From the human T2T-CHM13v2.0 reference genome, Homo sapiens, in NCBI RefSeq assembly GCF_009914755.1, contig NC_060933.1: 64,000 nucleotides of DNA; one strand, given 5' to 3'. Made by a program: the position numbers and the translations under genes. Shown piece after piece: positions 53,856-64,000 of this stretch. The first letter of the stretch is position 1. Every line of letters begins with the position of its first letter. Below the pieces are notes generated by a model that saw nothing but the letters and a program-made list of their open reading frames with translations, was not told the origin of the DNA and made no database searches.

Positions 53856-54214
53856 GTATTAATTCTCACAGTGCTAATAAGACATACCTAAGACTGGGTA
53901 ATTTATAAAGAAAAAAAGGTTTAATTGACTCACAGTTCCACATAGCTGGGGAGGCTTCACAATCGTGGTGGAAGGCAAAGGAGAAGCCAAGGCACGTTGT
54001 ACGTGGCAGCAGGCAAGAGAGCATGTGCAGGGGAATTGCCCTTTATAAAACCATCGTATCTCGTGAGACTTATTCACTATCACGAGAACAGCATGGGAAA
54101 GACTCCCCACCCCAATTCTGTTACCTCCCACTGGGTCCCACCCATGACATGTAGGAATTATGGGAGCTACAATTCAAAATGAGATTTGGGTGGGTACACA
54201 GCCAAACCATATCA
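53856..54214 (-). mobile_element. THE1 solo LTR
   Basis: GCTAATAAGACATACCTAAGACTGGG...AGCCAAACCATATCA. Confidence 0.85.
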
Positions 54215-54849
54215 TGGGGGGTGTTGCTTTTGTCAGTTTTTGGAAAACTGTCAGCCATTGTCTCATGAAATATTACTCCTAAACTGCTTTTTTTTTTCTT
54301 TTCTCTTTCTGAACTTCAATTACATATATTTTTTGTCTTTTGAATATGTTCCAACATTTCATATGCTCTTTTTCTCATTTTTCATTCTTATTTCTCACCA
54401 TGCTTTAATTTATCTGTCTCTTTTCATCCTCCCTACCCTTTGCACTATTCTACTCTACCTCCATGAGGTCAAATTTTCAAACTTCTCCATATGAGTGAGA
54501 ACATGCAATATTTGTCTTTCTGTGCCTGGATTATTTCACTTAACACAATATCCTCCAGGCTCATTCATGTTGCTGCAAATGACAGAATTTCATTCTTTTT
54601 TATGGCTAAATGATGTTCCAAATTTTCTTTATCCATTTGTCTGTTGATGGACACTTAGATTGATTCCATATTTTGGCTACTGTGAGTGGTGCTGCAATAA
54701 ACATGGGAGGATAGACATCTTTTTGTCATCCTGATTTCTTTTATTTTGGATAGATACCTAGCAATAAGATTGCTAGATCATATGACATTTCAGTTTTTAG
54801 TTTTTTGAGGAATTTACATATGTTTCTACAACAAGGTTTATTACTAGAC

Positions 54850-55140
54850 ATTCTATAGAATTGCAATAATTCCGATAAGATGCTCTTGAAAGGACACTTG
54901 CCCAGTAATGGCATATTCACCAATGAACCAGTGATGACTCTAGCTTTGATCCTCTGAAACCAGTGAACTCTGTTTCTAAGCAGCTTAGATGAATCTTTCC
55001 CTTTTTAACCAATAAAAGCTTCCCTTTATGCTTCCCTCTTTGGATGCACCAGTTCATGCACCGCTGGTTGTAATCCTCATTTCTCATTTCTGAATGAACT
55101 CAATGTAGTTGGACATTTCTTTAATGTCAGAGAGATGTCA
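54850..55140 (+). mobile_element. 3' part of an ERV1 LTR, possibly the 5' LTR of the provirus starting at 60070
   Basis: AATAAAAGCTT at ~55011, ends ...TGTCA immediately before the L1PB. Confidence 0.5.
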
Positions 55141-55147
55141 GTACTCT

Positions 55148-58100
55148 TTAAAAAAATTTCAATAAGTTTTTGGGGGAATTGGTGGTGTTTTGTTACATGA
55201 ATATTTTCTTTAATGGTGATTTCTGAGATTTTGATGCATCTATTACCTGAACAGTGTACATTGTAGTCAATGTGTGGTCTTTGCTCCCTTCCACCCCTCC
55301 CACCCTTTCCCTTGAGTCTCCAAAGTCTATTGAATTAGATTGGTGCAAAAATAATTGCGGGTTTTGCCATTAAAAGGCGCTTTTAATGGCAAATAATGGT
55401 AAAACCCATACTTATTTTTGCACCAACCTAATATTATTCTTATGCCTTTGCATCCTCATAACTTAGCTCCCACTTATGAGTGACAACATACGATGTTTGG
55501 TTTTCCATTCCCAAGTTACTTCAGTTAGAATAATGATCTCCAATTCCATCCAAGTTGCTGCAAATGCCATTATTTCATTCCTTTTTATGGCTGAGCAGTA
55601 TTCCATGGTATGTATATGTGTGTGTGTGTGTGTATATATATATATACACACACACATATATACATATTATATGGGTATTTAAGTCCTCGATGTATATATG
55701 TGTTCACGTCCTTGATTCATCTTGAGTTGATTTTTGTATAAGGTGAGAGATGAGGATCTAGCTTCATTTTTCTACATGTGGCTTGCCAATGATCCCAGCA
55801 TGATTTGTTGAATAGGGTGTCCTTTCCTCACTTTATGTTTTTGTTTCCTTTGTGAAAGATTGGTTGACTGTAAATATTTGGCTTTATTTCTGGGTTCTCT
55901 ATTGTTTCCTTGGTCTATATGCCTGTTTTTATACCAGTACCATACTGTTTTGGTGACTATGGCCTTATAGTATAGTTTGAAGTCAGGTAATGTAATGCCT
56001 CCAGATTTGTTCTTTTTGCTTAGCTTTGCTTTGGCTATGTGTGCTCTTTTTTTGGTTCCATATGAATTTTAAGATTGTTTTATTTAGTTCTGTAAAGAAT
56101 GATGGTGTTATTTTAATGGAAATTGCATTGAATTTGTAGATTGCTTTGGGCGGTATGGTCATTTTCACAATATTGATTCTCATGAACATGGGATGTGTTT
56201 CCATTTATTTGTGCCATCTATGATTTCTTTCAGCAGGGTTTTGTAGTTTTCATTGTAGAGGTCTTTCACGTCCTTGCTTAGGTATATTCCTAAGTATTTT
56301 ATTAATTTGTTTATTTTGCAGCTATTGTAAAAGAGGTTGAGTTCTTGATTTGATTCTCAGCTGGTCCCTCTTGGTGTATAACAGGGCTACTGATTTATGT
56401 ACATTAATTTTCCATCCTGAAACTTTGCTAAATTTATTTACCAGTTCTAGGAGCTTTTTTGATGGGTCTTTAGGGTTTTCTAGGTATACAATCATATCAT
56501 CAGCAAACAGTGATAGTTTGACTTCCTCTTTACTGATTTGGATGCCCTTTATTTCTTTCTCTTGTCTGATTGCTCTGGCTAGGACTTCCAGTACTATGTT
56601 GAATAGAAGTGGTGAAAGTGGGCATCCTTGTTTTGTTCCAGTTCTCAGGTGGAATGCTTTCAGCTTTGCCCCATTCCGTGTAATGTTGGTTGTGGGTTTG
56701 TCTTAGATGACTTTTATTACCTTAAGGTATGTCCCTTGTGTTTTGATTTTGCTGAGGTTTTAATCATAAAGGGATACTAGATTTTTGTCAAATGCTTTTT
56801 GTACATCTATTGAGATAATCATGTTATTATCCTATCTTTTGTATTTTTTTTTGTTTCAATTTCATTTAGTTCTGCTCTGATCTTGGTTATTTCTTTTCTT
56901 CTGCTGGGTTTGGGTTTGGATTGTTATTGTTTCTCCAGTTACATGAGGTGTGACCTTAGATTGCCTATTTGTGCTCTTTTAGACTTTCTGATGTAGGCAT
57001 TTAATGCTATAAACGCTCCTTTTGTCACTGCTTTGCTGTTTCCCTGAGGGTTTGATAGATTTTGTCATATTATCATTTAGTTCAAAGAATTTTTAAATTT
57101 CCACCTTGATTTCATTGTTGACCCAATGATCATTCAGGAGTGGGTTATTTAATTACCATGTATTTGCATGGTTTTGAGGATTTCTTTTGGAGTTGATTTC
57201 CAATTTTATTCCACTGTGGTTTGAGAGAGTACTTGTTATAATTTCAGTTTTCTTAAATCTACTGAGACTTGTTTTGTGGTCTATCATATGGTCTTTCTTG
57301 GAGAATGTTCCATATGCTGATGAATAGAATATATATTCTGCAGTTATTGGGTAGAATGTTCTGTAAATATGTGTTAAGTCCATTTGTTCTAGGGTATAGT
57401 TTAAGTCCATTGTTTTTTTGCTAACTTTCTGTCTTGATGACCTGTCTAGTGCTGCCAGTAGAGTGTTAAATTCCCCCACTATTACTGTGTTGCCATCTAT
57501 CTAATTCCTTAGGTCTAGTAGTAATTGTTTTATACATTTGGGAGCTCTAGTGTTAGGTGCATATATATGTGGAATTGTCATATTTCCTGTTGGATTAGTC
57601 CTTTTATCATTATATAATGTCCTTCTTTGCCTTTTTAACTGTTGTTGCTTTAAAGTTTGTTTTATTTGACATAAAAATAACTACTCTTGCTTGCTTTTGG
57701 TGTCCATTTGCATGGAATAGCTTTTTCCATCCCTTGACCTTAAGTGTATGTGAGTCCTTATGTGACGGATGAGTCTCTTGAAGACAGAAGATACTTGGCT
57801 GGTGAATTCCTATCCGTTCTGCCATTCTGTATCTTTTAAGTGGAACATTTAGACTATTTACATTCAACATTAGTATTGAGATGTGAGATGCTATTCTATT
57901 CATCATTCTATTTGTTGCATGAAATCCTTGTTTTTGTTTTTCATTGTTTTGTTGTTTAATAGGTCCTGTGAGATTTATGCTTTAAGGAGATTCTATTTTG
58001 GTGTATTTTTATAATTTGTTTTAAGATTTGAGCTACTTTTAGTAGTTCTTGTAGTGTTGGCTTGGTAGTGGTGAATTCTCTTAGCATTTGTTTGTTTGAA

Positions 58101-60060
58101 AAAGACTGTATTTTTCCTTCATTTATGAATCTTAGTTTCACTGGATACAAAATTCTTGGCTGATAATTGTTTTGTTTATGGAGGCTAAAAATAGGACCCC
58201 AAACTCTTCTAGCTTGTAGGGTTTCTTCTGAGAAATCTGCTCTGTTAGTCTGATAGGTTTTCCTTTATAGATTACATGATGCTTTTGCCTCGCAGCTCTT
58301 AAGATTCTTTCCTTCATCTTGACCTTAGATAACTTCATGACTATGTACCAAGGCAATGATCTTTTTGCAATGCATTTCCCAGTGTTCTTTGAGCTTCTTG
58401 TATTTAGATGTCTAGATCTCTAGCAAAGCTGGGGAATTTTTCCTCAATTATTCTCTCAAATATATTTTCCAAACTTTTAGATTTCTCTTCTGTCTTGGGA
58501 ACACCAATTATTCTTAGCTTTGGCTATTTAACATAACCCCAAACTTCTTGGAGGCTTTGTTCATTTTTTAAATTCTTTTTTCTTTGTCTTTGTAGGAGTG
58601 GGTTTATTCAAAACCCTTGTCTTTGAGCTCTGATTTTCTTTCTTCTACTTATTTGATTGTATTGCTGAGAATTTCCAGTGCATTTTGCATTTCTCTTAAG
58701 TGTGTCCTTCATTTTCAGAAGTTATGATTATTTTTTATTTATGCTATCTATTTCACTAGAGATTTTTCCATTCATATCCTGTATCTTTTTTTGATTTCTT
58801 TAAGTTGGACTGCATCTTTCTCTGGTGCCTCCCTGATTGGCTTAATAGCTGATCTTCTGAATTCTTTTTCTGGCACTTCAGAGATTTCACCTTGGTTTGG
58901 ATCCATTGCTGGTGAGCTAGTGTGATCTTTTGGGGGTGTTAAAGAACCTTGTTTTGTCATATTGCCAGCACTGTTTTTCTGGTTCCTTCTCATTTGGGTA
59001 GACTATGTCAGAGGGAAGTTTGGAACTCAAGGGCTGCTGTTCAGATTCCTTTGTCCCACAGGGTTGCTCCCTTGATGTGGTGCTCTCTCCTTTCCCCCTG
59101 AGATAGAGCCTCCTGAGAGCCAAACTGCAGTGACTGTTGTTTCTCTTCTCAATCTAGCCACCCAGTGAAGCTACTGGGCTCTGGGCTGGTATAGGGGAGT
59201 GTCTGCAGAATCCTGTGATGTGATCCCTCTTCAGGTCTCTCCGCCACAGATAACCAGCACCTGCTCCAATGGAGGTAGCAGGGGAGTGAAGTGGACTCTG
59301 TGAGGGTCCTTGGTTGTATTTTTGTTAAGTGTGCTGGTTTTGTGTGGACCTCCAGCCAGGAGGTGGCGCTTTCAAGAGCACATGAGCTACATTAGCACAT
59401 CAGCACATCAGTATAGGGAAGATTAGGCAGGGGGTGGGGCCATAGGGCTCTCAAGGGATTATGTCCTTTGTCTTTGGCTACCAGGTCAGCTAGAGAAAGA
59501 CCATCAGGTAGGGGCAGGGTTAGGCATGTCTGAGCTCAGGCTCGCCTTTGGTGAGGCTTGCTGTGGCTGCTGTGGGGGCTGGGAGTGTGGTTCCCAGGCC
59601 AATGGAGTTATGTTCCCAGGGGAATTATGGTTGCTTCTGCTGTGTCACACAGGTCACTAGGGAAGTGGGGGAAAGCCGGCAGTCACAGGTCTCACCCAGA
59701 TCCCATGCAGCCCACAGCCTGAAAGGCTGGTCTCACTCCCAAGGTGCTCCCCCGCCCCCACCGCCCGCCAGCAGCAGCGAGTTTATTTCTAGGTAGCCGG
59801 TGAGCAGGGCTGAGAATGTTCTGCAGGCTCCAAGCCTCTCAGCTGAGAAAGCAAGCAAACTCACAGTTCCTCAGTTGTCCCACAGAGCCTGCAGCAGCAA
59901 TCCACCTCCCTCAAAGGGTCTGTGGATTCTTTCAGCTTTCCTGGTATGTTCTTGTGGCAGTTCTTAGAGCAAAAGTTCATGGTGTGTGTCTACACATGCC
60001 ACTCTGTCCGACCTAGTGGGGGCTGCAAGTTAGTTTTGCCTCCTATCCGCCATTTTCCCT
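55148..60060 (-). mobile_element. L1PB with 5' UTR and internal deletions
   Basis: 5' end AGGGAAAATGGCGGATAGGAGGC; ORF1 and ORF2 remnants; sequence jumps near 55680 and 56830. Confidence 0.85.
55335..55431. mobile_element. MADE1 (Hsmar1 MITE), expanded
   Basis: TIRs TTAG(A/G)TTGGTGCAAAA / TTTTGCACCAACCTAA. Confidence 0.88.
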
Positions 60061-60069
60061 CTATTGGAA

Positions 60070-63000
60070 GTACACTTGAAGTGAGAGTACCTTTGGAAAA
60101 GATTGGTGACTCTTGGAACTGGGTGAGGAACTGGGTAGGTAACCACAATTGAGCCCTTGGCAATCTAAGCTTCCATGGATCATCTTTCTTCTGCCCAGGT
60201 AAATCATCTCTCAGATTGCGTTCCCTCCCTTTGGTAGCAGCTCCCTATTGACTTATTCAGGATCTGATTGGGTTAAGATGCCTTGCATCCTTTTTGGGAC
60301 TATATAAGACTTTTTGTCTTTTTTGGAAAGTTATTTCTTTTAGAAAGACAGTTTGTCTTTCTGGTCCTGGTAAGTGCACTTTTGGTTTCAGTTTTGTTCT
60401 GACTTGTTTGTGTATGCTTATACTTTCATTTGCTGCTTGATTCTTTTCTTCCTCTATTTCTAAACATCTTTTGAAAGAAAAATTTACTTTCTCAAAAGGT
60501 AGGCACGAGTTGGCCGTTTAAAAGCCATTAGGGCAATTGCCACCATTCTATGAGGGATGTCAGTATCCGAAGAAAAAAAATCTCTTGTCAGGATAAACTA
60601 GTGCACAAACAGCCAAATTACCACTAGGGGGCCTGCCAGTCTCAAGAAAAATTTTGCGCGTCTGGGGAAAACTTGCTCATGGGACAGGCAATGAGAGTGC
60701 AGATTGCTTGCCAAGTAAAACAAAAATCCGGTGCCAGGCACACTGTAAAACAAAACACCAGTCCAAACGCCTATCATTCCCTGACAGGGCTCTGCTCTTC
60801 GGGCTTTTCTTTTGCTCTCAAGAGATTAATAAGCAGAATGGGATCCCAAAATCCTAAAGCACGTAATTATAATCCTCCTGGGACCCCTGCAGGCTCTATG
60901 TTTTAAAAATTATGGTCCTTTGTCTTGTGTACAATTTTAAATCAATAGCTATAGCACACCCAAACTAATTTGGATCCTCAATGGTCATACTGGGGGGCAT
61001 TTGAGCTCCCCAAACTTGTTTTGTTAGAACAAAATTAGAAGACTGTGGTCCTAATATTAAGCAATCTGAATGGGAAACATACTTTAATTGGTATCTCAAA
61101 GCTTCTAAGTACATTCAGGATTCTACAATTGCCTCCTTATGAGATACCATGTCAAAATTAACTGAGACAAACAAATAGTTAAGGAAGGACAAGGCTTGAG
61201 GATCCCAGACTTGTTCCTCGTTGGAGGAGACCTCCTCTTCTCTTTCCCCTGTTCCTTCTCTCTATTTCTTCTTTGAGTGAATTACCTTTCCCTCTGGATT
61301 CCTCAGCTCCCACTACCCCTGAACCTGGTCCTGTTAAAACCTGTCCCTTGAAAGTTAAATTCACTGATGATTCCTCTAAATCCTAAATTTCTTTTGTTCC
61401 TTGGAGCAAGGCTGAACTTTAAGCCATTGCCGCAGAATTCCCAAAGGTCATGGAGACCTTTCAAATTTGCTGATAAAATTAACACAGTATTATAATTTCG
61501 ACTTATCATCCAGGTTTTTCTTACCTGTGCCAGTTGGTTCATATACTTTTTGTGAAGGCCAGGCCCAATATTGAATGGCCCAGGCTCCTTGATGTGACCC
61601 TGAGAGGGCTTTAGGCAAGAATACCCCAAAAGACTATGACAGAGCCTGAAGCACAGTGAGCAAGCAAGCAGACAAACAAACAAAAACAACAAAACTTCAT
61701 GAGGCTATTCTTGAGGCTTTTCCTGAAACCTGAGATGAATAAAATCCAAGACTGTACCCAAAACCTAATGAACCAGATTACGACTATTACAGTTGGCTCC
61801 GGGTTGTATTTGTAGAAAATTCTGGATTACCTATGGATGCCGAATCTACTCAAGTAGGCTGTAATTCTAAGTTTGCAAATGGCCTTTCTCAAGAACTTTC
61901 TCAGCTTGTCAAAAGAGTACACATGGAATGGAAAACTATGTCCACTTCTGATTTGGTTAATCTGGCAAATCACCTTGCCTGCACCCCTGAGGACAGTACT
62001 AAAAACCACTAACATTCGTAATGTTACAATTACAGCAAACTGAGGCTCCCAGACATAACACTAGGCAGAGACTCCCTGGGCTGTGCCAACGTTCCAGATG
62101 GCTGGAAGAGAGATTGCTGCAAGAGAAAGGGGGAATTTCATTCCCAACTCCCCCATCTCTTCTCCCATCTGAGACCACTTTCAGTGAAGGGGCTCCAAGG
62201 ACTTATGGGGGATTTTCCCACTTCTCCCACTTAATTTTCTGAGTGAAATGATCCTTCAAATTAGGAGTGTTTTTTTTTTGGCGGGGGACAGAGTTTCTCT
62301 CTTATCTCCCAGGCTGGAGTGCAGTGGTGCGATCTCGGCACACAGCAACCTCTGCTTCCTGGGTTCAAGCGATTCTCCTGGCTCAGCCTCCTGAGTAGCT
62401 GGGATTACAGGTGCCCACGACCGTGCCCAGCTAATTTTTTTGTATTTTTAGTAGAGACGGGGTTTCACCTTGTTGGGCTTCAAACAACTGGTCTCGAACT
62501 CCAGACCTCATAAGCCACCTGCCTTGGCCTCCCAAAGTGCTGGGATTACAGGCATGAGCCACCACATCCGGCTGGGAGTGTGGTCTTAACTGTGCTCATT
62601 GATGCCACAGCAATATTTTTCATCCTTAATCCCCCTAGCCTCAGTCAGCCCCTGCCTCAGAGTAATAAAAAGATTACAAATGGTGAGTTTCCAAAAAGCC
62701 ACTGACTACTTTTGTTTCACAGCCCATTTCTTTCCATCTTGGTCTTCTCTCCAAGACACCCACACCTTTTGCTTGTTAATTCTGCCCCGCTCCACCACCT
62801 TGGATGTGATTTTTTTGAAAAATACCATGCTAAAATTTCTTTTTCCCAAGAGGGGGAAATAATTTTAGAATTTGATAAACTAAACTGTCCTCACTCAACA
62901 GACTCCCCCAATTCTGTCATTTGTTATGTCATTCCCTGTTCAGAAAACAAAAATAATGTCACTCATTTGGTGCTGAATCAAATACCTGTCTCTTTAAAGG

Positions 63001-64000
63001 CAAAATCATTCACTGATATTTTCAAAATTCATAGTGTACCTCTTATTAAAATCCAGATTAACCTATTAAAACCCTTGCTTAATATTAAACAGCCACTAAA
63101 CCAGATGGCACTGCAAGGTATTAAACTTATTATAAAAGAATATAAAAAACAGTCTCATTATTCTCTGTACCAGTCTTTGGAGTACCCTGATCCTACCTAC
63201 TAAAAGACCAAACAACCATGGGAGGAGGTTTGTTCAGGAACTCTCTCTGAGTTATAAACCATAGTATTATTACAAAGCACCCAGTGGTTCCAAATCCCCA
63301 TACTGTATTAAATCCAATACCCATTGATAGCAGATTCTTCACCATCACTGATCTGTGTATTACATTATTCATTATTCCAGGGGATCAAGCCAACCAATAT
63401 CTTCTTGCCTTCACCTGGGAAGGCCAACAGTTCACCTGGACATTAATGCCTCAGGGGTTTACTGAAAGTTTTTCCTATTTTCTCAAATGTTAAAGGCAGA
63501 CTTAGAGGATGTAATTTTTCTCCAAGGCTCTTGTTTACTACAATATGTAGATGACTTCCTTCTTTGCTGTCCTTCACAGGCAGCCTGTGAAAAAGACAGT
63601 GTATACCTATTAAAGCAAGTGGCTGCTTAAGGTCATAATGCCTGTAAAGAAAAACTGCAGTGAGTAAAAACTCAGGTGAAATAATAAAGCCATTTAATTT
63701 CAGAGAATGAATTACATTTAGAACCAGAACAGATTCAAGGCATTTTACAATTTCCTCAGCCCAAAAGAAATGCCAACTTTGTGAGTGGGTTTCTTGGACT
63801 CACTGGCTACTTTTGAAACTGAATTCCCAACTTTTCTTTTCTGGCCCAACTCCTATGTGCTTTACATAAATTTACCAAACCTGACCCCATTACTTGGACA
63901 AAATCATAAGGGTAAGTTTTTAAAAAGCTAAAGGAGAAATTGATAAATTCTCCAGTTCTAGGTAATTCTAATCATAAACTCTTTTTTTTTTCTCTTTGTC
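60070..64000 (+). mobile_element. ERV1 (epsilon-like, MER34/HEPSI-type) internal region: decayed gag-pro-pol running off the window
   Basis: gag start MGSQNPK..PPGTPAGSMF at 60838; RT motifs VPNPHT..FTITDLC..AFTWEGQQFTWTLMPQGF and QYVDD at ~63541-63555; frameshifts and stops. Confidence 0.85.
62269..62573 (-). mobile_element. AluS inside the ERV
   Basis: Dimer flanked by GGAGTGT. Confidence 0.9.

Noticed and set aside
62712-63493. Functional protease/RT CDS
   Set aside because: Fragments of a decayed ERV pol with multiple stops and frameshifts.

Overview
Human-type intergenic or intronic DNA (it contains an AluYa5), made almost entirely of transposable elements. No host protein-coding gene can be supported. 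It holds a full-length L1PA3/4 with an open ORF1, a solo LTR12C, a full THE1A, MLT2A1, LTR5B, other solo LTRs, an L1PB, the 5' half of an epsilon-like ERV1 provirus and about 20 Alus. Two things stand out. (1) A ~2.2 kb fossil ORF on the minus strand (ATG at 50214, running to ~46400) is broken up by Alu and MST insertions. Once rejoined by eye it reads as a signal peptide followed by a collinear series of motifs resembling chuvirus/BEL-Pao-type class III glycoproteins, so it is a candidate non-retroviral endogenous viral element. (2) An LTR8/HUERS-P1 element has R-U5-internal-U3-R-polyA structure with an L1-type TSD, i.e. an ERV RNA apparently retroposed by L1. All family assignments come from remembered consensus sequences, not database searches.
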